In this document: piece by piece, positions 16,099-25,726 of the stretch
Position numbering within the stretch: the first letter of the stretch is position 1
Layout of the letters: every line of letters starts with the position of its first letter
Program-made: the position numbers and the translations under genes
Virus record (IMG/VR): IMGVR_UViG_3300025133_009608
Coordinates: 248,001 to 312,000 of that record
Strand: one strand, 5' to 3'
DNA: 64,000 nucleotides
Notes under the pieces: generated by a model
The model's input: only the letters and a program-made list of their open reading frames with translations
Databases searched by the model: none
Told to the model about the DNA's origin: nothing

Positions 16099-16562
16099 TC
16101 CTTCCTACCGTTTAGGCGCGGGAAGCCTGCACTTTTATCGCCTGAAGCCCCAATAAATTTTATTATCTTCTCGGTAACGTCCTTATCTTTGAATATATCC
16201 AAGATCAAGAGCCTATCCATGGCGCCTGCGTCGGAAAAGGTCTTTATAACATCGCGATGGAACTCGAGCATATCGGGAAGCCCCTCGTGATTAGAGAACC
16301 GCCTCACCGAGCGTGTCCAGGCTGCACTGTCCCTGATGGTTAATATAAATCCGCTGCTATTCGACTCGGCCAGCAGCTCTTCGTATCTTTGGTATAGCGA
16401 ATTATCGATTACCGCAACTGCATCAAGATTTGCGACATTCGGAGTGCCACCGGTGAGCATGCACTTGTGCTCAGACGAAACCCCAAGCTCAAAAAGATAT
16501 GCGGCCAAGCTGGTAGTCCCCGTCCTTGGAAGCCCAATTCCATATATGGCCGTGTAATTCAC
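16095..16562 (-). CDS. Sulfotransferase-like P-loop protein
   Basis: YGIGLPRTGTTSL, FILTIRD...W...S, RLLILD...FIG...FP pattern of the sulfotransferase family 4-like group. Confidence 0.7.
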   Translation of the reverse strand: MNYTAIYGIGLPRTGTTSLAAYLFELGVSSEHKCMLTGGTPNVANLDAVAVIDNSLYQRYEELLAESNSSGFILTIRDSAAWTRSVRRFSNHEGLPDMLEFHRDVIKTFSDAGAMDRLLILDIFKDKDVTEKIIKFIGASGDKSAGFPRLNGRKE

Positions 16563-17452
16563 ATCACGCTCTTTGCGATTTCATTGACCACCACTAGAGA
16601 CTCCATTGCATCGTCTATTCCGAACCCGTTGCCAGATAATACTTCTTTATACGAAATTGTATGCAAATCTGTGAATCCGCCGCTAAACTCAACACTTTGG
16701 TTGTCAATCGTTATTTTTCTAAAAGCAGGCTGACCGGCAGCGATAGATTCTTTTGGAAGATCATTTTCATCCGTACTCAGCCTCCATTTTACGTTTGCTC
16801 TCTCTAGAATCAGGGTTCCAGAGACGCTTGATGAATACTTGCTTTCGACTATGTTTTCAACCGGCGACCCAAAAATCCATATTAACATATCGAAAAAATG
16901 TATACCAATATTTGCAGCAAGACCTCCCGACTTAGACTCCTGTCCCTTCCATGACTGGCAATACCACTTGCCTCTTGACGTTATATACTCAAGATTTACA
17001 TCGACAACTTTTTTGGAGTTATTATATCGGCTCTTTATGTCTATAATGGCCGGATGATGACGAAGCTGCAAAATGCAATTTACTGTTCTTCCCGTCTCTC
17101 TCTCTATCTCTTTCAAATATTGCAAGTTACCTGCCATTACAACCAGTGGCTTTTCGCAAATAACATCACAATCGTTACGAAGCGCCAGCCTTATATGCGA
17201 ATCATGCAAATAATTTGGCGAACAAATACTTATGTAGTCTATTTTGCCACTTGTTCTTCTCAGCTTGTCGACGTGTCTATCAAATCTCTCGATTTCGGTA
17301 AAAAAATCTGCCCCTGGAAAGTATGAATCAATAATTCCAACGGAATCAAATGGGTCAATTGCCGCTACCAAGTCGCAGTTGTTGTCTTTTATTGCTCGCA
17401 TATGCCGTGGGGCTACATATCCAGCGGCACCGATGAGTCCAAACTTTTTCAC
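16559..17452 (-). CDS. wbpB: UDP-GlcNAcA 3-dehydrogenase (WbpB/WlbA-like Gfo/Idh/MocA oxidoreductase)
   Basis: FGLIGAAGYVAPRHMRAIK...DPFDSVGIIDSYFP...ICSPNYLHDSHI...ICEKPLV...ITSRGKWY..SWKG...KSGG...NIGIHFFD...EFSGGFTDLH closely follows the WbpB pattern. Confidence 0.88.
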   Translation of the reverse strand: MKKFGLIGAAGYVAPRHMRAIKDNNCDLVAAIDPFDSVGIIDSYFPGADFFTEIERFDRHVDKLRRTSGKIDYISICSPNYLHDSHIRLALRNDCDVICEKPLVVMAGNLQYLKEIERETGRTVNCILQLRHHPAIIDIKSRYNNSKKVVDVNLEYITSRGKWYCQSWKGQESKSGGLAANIGIHFFDMLIWIFGSPVENIVESKYSSSVSGTLILERANVKWRLSTDENDLPKESIAAGQPAFRKITIDNQSVEFSGGFTDLHTISYKEVLSGNGFGIDDAMESLVVVNEIAKSVM

Positions 17453-18549
17453 TTTTTACTTCCATAATTAAAGAAAAGATTAATATTATGAGATATATAC
17501 TCCAATTCATCTGCTTTTAGCCCAGGATAAATAGGGAGTGATAAGACCTCATCGCAGGTCTTTCTCGACTCCAGCAGGCCGTCTGAGTCTGCGAACGCCG
17601 AATAGTCACAAAGAGGTGCCGGATAATATATATTCGAGGGGATCCCATTGTTGTATAAAAACTTTTTCAAATCGTCCCTTCGACTTGTTCTTATTGTGAA
17701 CTGATTAAAAGAGTGTAGGCTACATTTCTTTGGCAAAACAATGTTTTCGATATCACCTATAGCATTAAAGTAAAATCTAGCATTCTCCCTTCTCTTTTCA
17801 ATCCATTCGTCCGCTTTCTGAATTAATACTGATAAAAATGCAGCCTGCAATGCATCCAGCCTATAGTTTCCGCCAGTAATTTCATAGTTATACTTTGATG
17901 ACATGCCATGTTTTCTAATCATTCTTAGTCGTTGATCGACCCCCCCGTCGCCCGTGGTAACCGCGCCCCCGTCCCCAAGGCATCCTAGATTTTTTGCCGG
18001 AAAAAAACTAAAACTGCTCGCTATCCCGAAGCTTCCATTTGGGGCACCATAAGATTGAGCACAATCCTCTATAAGATGGATCCCCCTATCTCTGCATGCA
18101 GCCGATAGACTGCTTAGATCGCTATACTCTCCAAACAGGTGAACAAAGATTACCGCCTTCGTAGCTCCCGTGCAAGAGTTCATTATTCCATCGACAGACG
18201 GGGAAAAGGATCCTGGAGCAAGGTCTACAAAAACAGGAGTCAGACCCGCTTTTGAGATAACCGATGCAGATGATATAAACGTAAAAGCCGGGACTATAAC
18301 CTCAGATCCCGGTGGTAAGTCGAGAGATGTTAATATCGCAGTTAATGCGTCTGTGCCGTTCGACACTCCAACGCAATATTTCGACCCAACTTTTCTGGAA
18401 AAAATATCCTCAAAAAGCTCAACTTCGGAGCCTAAGATAAAGTTTCCATGCTCAAGGCACCTCTCCAGGCATCCGACCAGCTCTTTCCTGCTGCCGCTTA
18501 ACATTTTTGAAAAATTAAAAAAATCAATATTTGTATCTATTTTTTCCAA
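17449..18549 (-). CDS. DegT/DnrJ/EryC1/StrS PLP aminotransferase (WbpE/WlbC-like)
   Basis: VSNGTDAL, VPAFTFISS, VHLFG, IEDCAQS, SFFPAKNLGCLGDGG, NYRLDALQAA, LSLPIYP; adjacent to wbpB. Confidence 0.9.
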   Translation of the reverse strand: MEKIDTNIDFFNFSKMLSGSRKELVGCLERCLEHGNFILGSEVELFEDIFSRKVGSKYCVGVSNGTDALTAILTSLDLPPGSEVIVPAFTFISSASVISKAGLTPVFVDLAPGSFSPSVDGIMNSCTGATKAVIFVHLFGEYSDLSSLSAACRDRGIHLIEDCAQSYGAPNGSFGIASSFSFFPAKNLGCLGDGGAVTTGDGGVDQRLRMIRKHGMSSKYNYEITGGNYRLDALQAAFLSVLIQKADEWIEKRRENARFYFNAIGDIENIVLPKKCSLHSFNQFTIRTSRRDDLKKFLYNNGIPSNIYYPAPLCDYSAFADSDGLLESRKTCDEVLSLPIYPGLKADELEYISHNINLFFNYGSKK

Positions 18550-19394
18550 AAAACCTCTCCATTAAATGCTATACTATCGTGCGGAACTTTAAAGATATCG
18601 AGCCATATGTTAAATTGGCAAAAAAACATTTTCTGCCTCTTGCTTTTCGGCTCCACCGCGAACCCCTTTGCTCTCAATGCCTCGACGTGCTTGTCAATTA
18701 TGTCGTGGTCTACCCACTCCATAATAAAGCCACTTTTATCTCTAAATACAAAGTCTTTAGAGAAATCTTCTAAAAGTAATTCTTTTATTATCTTTTTGCC
18801 AAAAGACTCTTTGTTGTATTCTTGCAAATCACGATCCAAGAATGGGTACCGTCCTTCGATGTCAAATTTTAAGCCCATTTTATCATTTTTCCGAAGGTGA
18901 TGAAAAATAAGAAGATTCTTATCGTGATGTAGCTTGTCCTGGTTGGTTTTCGCAGAAATCTCTGCGAAAAGCCCTCTGGGATACTCTTCCGTGTCATAAT
19001 ATGAGTACCCGCCATATAACTCATCGGATCCTAGTCCGCTTATGCTTACTCTTTTTTGTTTTTTATTAATCTCACGATAAAGAAAATATCCAACCGATAC
19101 CCAGTAAAACGGCTCCTCCCATATTCTCACTATTTCATATAAATAATCTTCAAAAGAGTCTATCCTGTGAGAGAAGTAATGTACATTTATTCCATATTTA
19201 TCTTCAACAATTTTAGCATACTTATCGTCGCCATAGCACAAGAAGAGGCAATCCTCTTCTCGCCCTAGCTCGCACACCGCCTTCACTATGAGTGAGCTGT
19301 CGAGCCCTCCCGATAGTGGCACAGCGCAGTTCTTGGTTATCCTTTTTTCGACTGCTATTTTAAAGTTTTTATAGTATTTTTGCGCTACTGACAT
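18537..19394 (-). CDS. Asparagine-synthase-like ATP pyrophosphatase domain (C-terminal half of AsnB/WbpS-like amidotransferase)
   Basis: PLSGGLDSSLI, ISGLGSDELYGGY, DKMGLKFDIEGRYPFLD, RDKSGF. Confidence 0.85.
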   Translation of the reverse strand: MSVAQKYYKNFKIAVEKRITKNCAVPLSGGLDSSLIVKAVCELGREEDCLFLCYGDDKYAKIVEDKYGINVHYFSHRIDSFEDYLYEIVRIWEEPFYWVSVGYFLYREINKKQKRVSISGLGSDELYGGYSYYDTEEYPRGLFAEISAKTNQDKLHHDKNLLIFHHLRKNDKMGLKFDIEGRYPFLDRDLQEYNKESFGKKIIKELLLEDFSKDFVFRDKSGFIMEWVDHDIIDKHVEALRAKGFAVEPKSKRQKMFFCQFNIWLDIFKVPHDSIAFNGEVFWKK

Positions 19395-19896
19395 TTCCGA
19401 ATCCAGTTATGTTTGTACTATTAAAATCTATTAATGGGAGCGATGAAATATTTGACGAATATACCACTGATCCCTCAAAGCTCTGCATATATAGTGATCT
19501 TACTTTAAATGGATCTGTATAAACATACTCTTTTTTATTTTTCTTGTCCCAAATGAGTATAGCGTACTGTCCATCTAATCTCTTTACGAAATCTTCGCCC
19601 CACTTCTTAAATGAGAATAATATTGTTTCGAAATCAGAATCATACTTAAAATCATACTCTTTAAGCTCTTTGTTTATTTCTCTGTAATTATATATTTCGC
19701 CATTAAATAAGAGAACATAGTCATCACACTCTAATGGGAGCTGCATTGTATCTTCGCCTGTAATCTGCAGTCTCGTCTGTATGAGCTGTGCCCCGTCTCC
19801 TATGAATTCTCCACAAGAATCTGGGCCGCGATCCTTTATTGAATCCGGAATTTCTGGATATCTATAGTCACCAATTACCGCAAGTATTCCGCACAC
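19369..19896 (-). CDS. Class II (Ntn) glutamine amidotransferase domain (N-terminal half of AsnB-like enzyme)
   Basis: GTG at 19896 gives MCGILAV with the required N-terminal Cys (GAGGTG upstream); RGPD, RLQI, LFNGEIYNY, DFETIL, RLDGQYA...D...DPF. Confidence 0.85.
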   Translation of the reverse strand: MCGILAVIGDYRYPEIPDSIKDRGPDSCGEFIGDGAQLIQTRLQITGEDTMQLPLECDDYVLLFNGEIYNYREINKELKEYDFKYDSDFETILFSFKKWGEDFVKRLDGQYAILIWDKKNKKEYVYTDPFKVRSLYMQSFEGSVVYSSNISSLPLIDFNSTNITGFGNVSSAKIL

Positions 19897-19904
19897 CATA
19901 CACC

Positions 19905-20501
19905 TCACTCGAAATGGTAAAGACAGTACTTTGCCTTACAGGAGTTGGCATAATATTCCCATATTTTTTCAAACCCAAATTGCTCGTAATCCCTCGGAAA
20001 CCAATATGGAGCCATCTCTGCGGTCCCCTGGGGCTCTCTGTCTGGAGCTTCAAATATCACAATTATTTTTCCAATTCTCTTTAGATTATCAATAATCTCA
20101 TCTACTTCGGGAATATGACATAAGACAGAATTCACATAAACAACATCATATTTTTTAGTTATACTGGGCAGGTCTGTATCGTCCCCCACCCATATATTTC
20201 TCAGTCCGAACACCCTCCTCCCCTCTTCAATGGCGCGTTCACTGATATCGATTCCATAAACTTCTATATTTCTTTCCCTAAACTGGTTGAGATGCCTCCC
20301 TATATTGCACCCAAATTCAAATAGCGTCGTTGGAGAGAGGGAGTCTATGTAGTCGTATATATAAAAATTATTTTCAAAAATATTATATTGAAAATGATAT
20401 TTATTTTTATAGTACTCCCCCGCACTACTGCTCGGCCCCGTGGGAGTCTTAGGCCCCAAGAGTGACTCAATTAAGTCTTTATATAAATACCTATGAGCCA
20501 T
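19905..20501 (-). CDS. Class I SAM-dependent methyltransferase
   Basis: LFEFGCNIGRHL, YGIDIS, YDVVYVNSVLCHI. Confidence 0.8.
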   Translation of the reverse strand: MAHRYLYKDLIESLLGPKTPTGPSSSAGEYYKNKYHFQYNIFENNFYIYDYIDSLSPTTLFEFGCNIGRHLNQFRERNIEVYGIDISERAIEEGRRVFGLRNIWVGDDTDLPSITKKYDVVYVNSVLCHIPEVDEIIDNLKRIGKIIVIFEAPDREPQGTAEMAPYWFPRDYEQFGFEKIWEYYANSCKAKYCLYHFE

Positions 20502-21489
20502 TCGACTTCCTTATTTTTTCCAGTTCGAATATCTCTGGGATCTCTTGGCGGATATACTCATCGCTTACAACTTCATGATTGACGCGTATAATGGATTTTG
20601 TCATATTTACTTCGCCCTTTATATCACACATAACAAGGCCATTCTCCCTGCACGAGAAGTGAAGGTGTCTTTTTCTATGGTTTTTTATGGCATCTCTTGG
20701 CCATTTGTCTAAATACTTATCCTCACTGTCGAGCCATAGCTTCCACTCTAATTTCTCCAATATTTCTTTCGATAACGCCCTCCCCGGAGCAATAGGCTCT
20801 CCTCGATGATGTCCGATACCCTTTATATTCCCCTGATATCCATTCGAATAAGTTGAGTATTTCGTTAATAAGTCATAATAATATATGTCTAATGAGGCTA
20901 TTTCGTCATACTTCTTCTTTTGCATATTCAACAATACAAATAAAAAATACTTATCTGAGAATAAATTATCGGACCCCGTCAGGATAACATAGTCTGGGTC
21001 GTATTCCTTGCACGCCAGCAGCCTAATGTTCGCCTTTCTCCCCAGCGGAGCGTTGGGGGATTCCACATACTTAAACCCACAGCCTTCCACCAGTTCTCGC
21101 GACAACCTGCCCTCACTGCCGACGACTACTACATTTATAGTGATCTTTGGAAATCTATTTTTTAATCGCCTGATTCCCGCAGCCCAGGCCATGAAGACGT
21201 CATGACGTCTCCATATCATTGTGGCAATAACTATGCTCAGGCCGGCAGGCTCCGGATCGGAAAATAATTTTTTGTTAAACTTATTTACTCCATATCTATA
21301 AATCTTTTTTTTATTAGAATATTGAACAATCGGTTTCGACTTCCCGCCGCTCTTACTCTGGAGAGGCAGCTGGTCCGATGGGATCGTATATATCCTACTT
21401 GTATTTTCAATAGCCCCCCCAGACGATGATGAGGCCTTCCTTATGGACTTAAAGTTGGCGTTCTTCTTTTTTATTTTTATTTTTTTCAC
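20491..21489 (-). CDS. GT-A fold glycosyltransferase with Lys/Ser-rich N-terminal extension
   Basis: IVIATMIWRR...VVVVGSEG...NAPLGRKAN...VILTGSDNLFS...APGRALS; paralogous to the C-terminal half of 22486-23868. Confidence 0.7.
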   Translation of the reverse strand: MKKIKIKKKNANFKSIRKASSSSGGAIENTSRIYTIPSDQLPLQSKSGGKSKPIVQYSNKKKIYRYGVNKFNKKLFSDPEPAGLSIVIATMIWRRHDVFMAWAAGIRRLKNRFPKITINVVVVGSEGRLSRELVEGCGFKYVESPNAPLGRKANIRLLACKEYDPDYVILTGSDNLFSDKYFLFVLLNMQKKKYDEIASLDIYYYDLLTKYSTYSNGYQGNIKGIGHHRGEPIAPGRALSKEILEKLEWKLWLDSEDKYLDKWPRDAIKNHRKRHLHFSCRENGLVMCDIKGEVNMTKSIIRVNHEVVSDEYIRQEIPEIFELEKIRKSNGS

Positions 21490-21493
21490 TTTG

Positions 21494-21970
21494 TTATTTA
21501 ATCTTTATTTTATAAAATTTTGCCGGGGACCCAAACCAGACTTCTTTATCTGGGATGTTGCTTCGAACCTGAGAACACGCGCCAATAATACAATCGCTTC
21601 CTATCTCAAATCCAGGCATGAGAGTTACGTTCGCCCCAATGAGCGTTCCGTTTCCAATCCCCACAACCATCTTCTCGTCGTTCCTGCTCAAGTCTGCCGT
21701 GTCTGTCAGCACAAACCCATATTTTATTAAAACATTAGAGCCGATAACGGCGTTCGCAGAGATTGTACACCTACTTCCAAACGATGTTCCATCACCTATT
21801 GTGACATTCTCCCGAATCTCACAATAGGCCGTAAAACTACAGTTTTTTCCAATTTTTGACCCACTTCTTATGATACAAAATGGGCCAACCTTGGTACCGT
21901 CCCCAATCTCAACTCCATCTTCAATATATGCAAGCGGATGTATTTCCAAATTTCTTCCCAAATCTCTCAC
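21494..21970 (-). CDS. Hexapeptide-repeat sugar N-acetyltransferase (WbpD/WlbB-like)
   Basis: IHPLAYIEDGVEIGDGTKVG, repeated [IV]G-x-x-[TSC], IGANVTLMPG, WFGSPAK. Confidence 0.8.
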   Translation of the reverse strand: MRDLGRNLEIHPLAYIEDGVEIGDGTKVGPFCIIRSGSKIGKNCSFTAYCEIRENVTIGDGTSFGSRCTISANAVIGSNVLIKYGFVLTDTADLSRNDEKMVVGIGNGTLIGANVTLMPGFEIGSDCIIGACSQVRSNIPDKEVWFGSPAKFYKIKIK

Positions 21971-22485
21971 TATGCGCCCCCCTCGGCCGTCTGCCGATCT
22001 AGTTTTCTAATTATTTTCGCCGGAGAGCCATAAATAAGCACTTCATTTTCATAAAACGATGAAGTGACTACAGAGCCCATCCCTATTATATTTTTGCTAC
22101 CCAGCACAGCCCTATTTCTAATGCAACAGTTTATTTTTATCTTGTTTAAGCTGCCAATTTTACAAAATCCAGCCAAAATCGCTCGCACTCCGATTTCATT
22201 TTTGTCCCCAATTAAAACATCGTGGCCAATATTCGAGTAATTCATTATAAAATTTCCAGACCCTATCGCTGTATCGCTCTCTGCTCCGGACATTATAGAG
22301 ACATGAGCTCCAATCCAATTATCATCTCCAATTACAACCCCGCAAACATCATCGGGGCCGCTACTGGTAAACCCCGGCAGACCTATAACTGCGTATGGGT
22401 ATATTATATTTCCAGTTCCAATCACAACGTTATCGCAAATAATCGCCGTACTATGAATCTTGTTTCCATCTATAAAACTCCACAT
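21970..22485 (-). CDS. Hexapeptide-repeat acyltransferase
   Basis: IHSTAII, IGDDNWIG, IGHDVLIG, IGMGSVVT, YGSPAK. Confidence 0.8.
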   Translation of the reverse strand: MWSFIDGNKIHSTAIICDNVVIGTGNIIYPYAVIGLPGFTSSGPDDVCGVVIGDDNWIGAHVSIMSGAESDTAIGSGNFIMNYSNIGHDVLIGDKNEIGVRAILAGFCKIGSLNKIKINCCIRNRAVLGSKNIIGMGSVVTSSFYENEVLIYGSPAKIIRKLDRQTAEGGA

Positions 22486-23868
22486 TTACTTGATCATCTC
22501 CAAGATTCTACTACGCTCATCATCCGTCAGCTCTCTATTATTCGATGTTTTTAATATCTGCTTAAGAGTGGTTCTATTCCCCTCTGTCTTTATATCTACA
22601 ATTATACCATTTATATCCTTCATGCTCAGGACCGTCTGGCTCTTGATTGATTTCAATTTTTTAGACCAAAGCTTTCCATCGGGAGAGTTATTCGCGTCGT
22701 CTGGCCATAAATTTGGACCAATTCTTTCAACCAATGACCGACTGAGGCATCGCCCGGGGGCGAGCGGCTCTGTTGATCGCCCTCCCTTGTACCCAAATGT
22801 ATATGCCCCAGTCTTGGACTTCATATCGTAAAAGTACAAGTCGCCCCAACTTATTAAATCATATGACATTGCCTTGGTCTTCAGTTCGGAAAAAACTTCC
22901 TTGGAAATTAAATCATCACTGCCTAACAGGATTATGTGGGTGTATTGCTTGCTCTTTATGAACCACTTTATTCTGGCATTAAACTTCCGTCCAAGTGGCT
23001 TATTTTTCTCCTCGACGTAGTGGCACCCGAGACTTTTTGATAGCAACTCCGATCTGCGACCCTCACTTCCGACTGCCAATATATCTGCAAATTGACTATT
23101 ATTCTTTACGAACAGCCTAAATACATCCTCTCTTCTCCAGATTGGGGTAGCTATCAATGGCCGGAACTCGCTACGTGGCGGTGGGAGCTTTCTTTTGCTC
23201 TTATTCCTCAGAGAACTAGACAGACCCTTGGAGGCTCCGTTGTAAGCTTTTTTACTTATATAACTTCCGTCCATTTTCCACTTTCTTTTTAGATATCCGA
23301 CGAAGTGTCTTGCTCCAGCGTCACTTCCGAATTTTCTCATCTTCTGTGTATACTCATAATATTTTGAAAATGCTATAGCTGCCGTCGGAGCCGAATCGTG
23401 GTCCCCGAGTACTTTGGATATTTCAACATTTTGGTACCCCAACTTCGCAGCTCTTTTTGCAAAGTCTCGGTCACCACCCAGAACATCTCTAAACTCTAAC
23501 TGCTGCAGCGCCTCAGAGCTCCATAGCTTCAATGAGCCAATCTTCTTCTCTAAGAATAAATCATATAATAACGAGGAGGCATTAAGAATTTTTACTCCAT
23601 CTGCTTCTTTCTTTTTTGCGAACTTGAGCAGCTCAGTGATAGCATTTTTCTTAAGATACATGTCCTCATCTATCTGAAGGCACCACTTGGTACCAACACA
23701 CGCATTTCGCATAGTGTTTAGCCACGCAGATTGTGGCGACTTATTTTTAATAACCACAACTTCAACAACATTTGGGCTCTCAGCGGCTAATTCATCTATT
23801 ATCTTCTTGCAGCGAGCAAACGTTGGAGACCCAACCGTTCCGATGCATATTGTTATTGAGTCACCCAT
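22486..23868 (-). CDS. Tandem two-domain GT-A glycosyltransferase
   Basis: N-terminal domain with LQIDEDMYL (DxD); C-terminal domain IATPIWRR...VGSEG...PLGRKFN...LLGSDDLIS...APGRCLS. Confidence 0.72.
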   Translation of the reverse strand: MGDSITICIGTVGSPTFARCKKIIDELAAESPNVVEVVVIKNKSPQSAWLNTMRNACVGTKWCLQIDEDMYLKKNAITELLKFAKKKEADGVKILNASSLLYDLFLEKKIGSLKLWSSEALQQLEFRDVLGGDRDFAKRAAKLGYQNVEISKVLGDHDSAPTAAIAFSKYYEYTQKMRKFGSDAGARHFVGYLKRKWKMDGSYISKKAYNGASKGLSSSLRNKSKRKLPPPRSEFRPLIATPIWRREDVFRLFVKNNSQFADILAVGSEGRRSELLSKSLGCHYVEEKNKPLGRKFNARIKWFIKSKQYTHIILLGSDDLISKEVFSELKTKAMSYDLISWGDLYFYDMKSKTGAYTFGYKGGRSTEPLAPGRCLSRSLVERIGPNLWPDDANNSPDGKLWSKKLKSIKSQTVLSMKDINGIIVDIKTEGNRTTLKQILKTSNNRELTDDERSRILEMIK

Positions 23869-24791
23869 TACGCTCTATCCTTCAAGAAATTATCAAACAA
23901 GGTTTGAGCCCTGCTGTCCGGGAAGTGATTATCTCTAGCATACTTAGCAATTTTATTATAAGAATATTTATTATTATTTAATTTATTTCCCTTTGAAATC
24001 ATATCTTTCTTTCCGGAAAATACCTCCCCCAAGAATGGATTGCTCATTACTATTTTAGCTTCCGGAATATTTCTCTCAATGAGGACCGGCATTCCGGCAC
24101 CTATGTACTCAAAGAATTTTGACGAACTTTCTCTCTGAAGCTTCTTGCTTCCTAGCGGATAAATTGACGGGACAAACCCAGCAAAGTAGTGGCCACGATT
24201 TAGCTCCTGATAGAGCTTGCTATGGCTTTTCGGCTCCAAAATTAAAGAACCTGGAATTTTAGACTGCACGAATTCTATATTCTCCTTAAATCCTGGAGAG
24301 CTCCTGGTGAATCTCAATATACTTTTCCCTCGCCAGTATTTTATCGGATAAACCCCAAAGCTAATTCCCGAGGCATTCATTGTCTTTATCTTTGCTTCAG
24401 CCAAGGGAGAGAGTCTTCCCAAGTAGGCCATTCGCACCCGGTCCGTGGTGGCTATTTTTATATCCCTATCTCCATGGCAGTAATTCATTAAAATAAACTG
24501 ATTATTTTTTGGAGCAGGGTATGGGGATATCGAGCAGGCTGTATCTACCCCGGTCATATCGAATCCGCACTCGGTAATCTTCAAAGTATATTTCGAACTA
24601 ATCTTTCTCCTTAGAGGCGTTCTGTCAATAATTGCGAAATCATACTTTAAATCATAATCATTAATAAAGGATTCAAATTCACATATTTTATGCAATTCTT
24701 CAACTATCTTTCCAATCTTACATGGAGAGCAGTGATAGAGCCCGCCTCTACCATAGTTGCCGGAATATCTTGAGAAGATTCCAATCCTCAC
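23868..24791 (-). CDS. Putative GT-B glycosyltransferase
   Basis: AYLGRLS and SSKFFEYIGAGMPVL (GT4-like C-terminal motif); within the GT array. Confidence 0.6.
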   Translation of the reverse strand: MRIGIFSRYSGNYGRGGLYHCSPCKIGKIVEELHKICEFESFINDYDLKYDFAIIDRTPLRRKISSKYTLKITECGFDMTGVDTACSISPYPAPKNNQFILMNYCHGDRDIKIATTDRVRMAYLGRLSPLAEAKIKTMNASGISFGVYPIKYWRGKSILRFTRSSPGFKENIEFVQSKIPGSLILEPKSHSKLYQELNRGHYFAGFVPSIYPLGSKKLQRESSSKFFEYIGAGMPVLIERNIPEAKIVMSNPFLGEVFSGKKDMISKGNKLNNNKYSYNKIAKYARDNHFPDSRAQTLFDNFLKDRA

Positions 24792-25726
24792 TTCAATACC
24801 TCTTCGAAAGCTTCGCCCCAGCGCTCTTTGTATTCTTTAATTCCAAACACTTTGATCGCCCTGGCTCGACCGGCCGCGCTCAGCTCCGCTTGCAAATCTT
24901 TTGACCCCAAAATTCTCTTACACGCCGCTAACATATCTTCCTTCGTATCTGCAAAAAGACAGTCTCTCCCGCCCCTTAGGTGCCTGCTTATTCCATGATT
25001 ATTAGTTGTGACTAGCGGAGCCCCGCACATCATTGCCTCGACCCTGCTGCGAGGCATAGCGCTTCGCACAGTGGAATTCAGGCAAACCCCATACTTATTA
25101 TATTTTTGCACTAATTTCTTTAACGGAAAGTTTCCAATACTCTCGGGCAGGTCCTCGTCTCCATGGCCAACCAAGTCGCACAAGCCAGTCTTTTCGGAGA
25201 CATACCTCCACTCATCAAATCCTAATATTGCCCCTCTTTTTTCGAATACATTCGCTACGGTCAAGATCCTATCATTTCTTTTCAGCTTCATATCGCAAAA
25301 TTCATCCGGATCAAATCCGTGGGGGATGTAAAAATGTTTTTTTCCAGGCAAGTTTTTATAATTCTTATCCATCGCATATTTGGAATTCCACACAACCACT
25401 CTGGCCCACCTTGGAATAGAAAAGGGAGCATCCGTCTGAACTACGGCAATTCCCGGTGCGCGATGCCTTCTTCGAAATGGCTCAAGCCTTTTTGCTCCCG
25501 GTGACACGCGAACCATAATAATATTATATTTTCGCGTCATTAGTGCGCGCTCTTTTGCGGCAACGATGTTCGCCTTATCTCCGCTAATAGCTGGTCGGCC
25601 GAAGTCCTCATCGGTCGGGGCACGGCCGTTGAGTTTGGTGCACCAAAATCGAGGACCAGTCTTAAAGAACTCATATTGATGCCCGCCATGAACGAGCCAA
25701 TCCATAATTTCCAATTTTTCAACCAT
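24788..25726 (-). CDS. GT4-family glycosyltransferase
   Basis: IPHGFDPDEF, PRSRVEAMMCGAPLVTT, GRARAIKVF. Confidence 0.8.
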   Translation of the reverse strand: MVEKLEIMDWLVHGGHQYEFFKTGPRFWCTKLNGRAPTDEDFGRPAISGDKANIVAAKERALMTRKYNIIMVRVSPGAKRLEPFRRRHRAPGIAVVQTDAPFSIPRWARVVVWNSKYAMDKNYKNLPGKKHFYIPHGFDPDEFCDMKLKRNDRILTVANVFEKRGAILGFDEWRYVSEKTGLCDLVGHGDEDLPESIGNFPLKKLVQKYNKYGVCLNSTVRSAMPRSRVEAMMCGAPLVTTNNHGISRHLRGGRDCLFADTKEDMLAACKRILGSKDLQAELSAAGRARAIKVFGIKEYKERWGEAFEEVLK

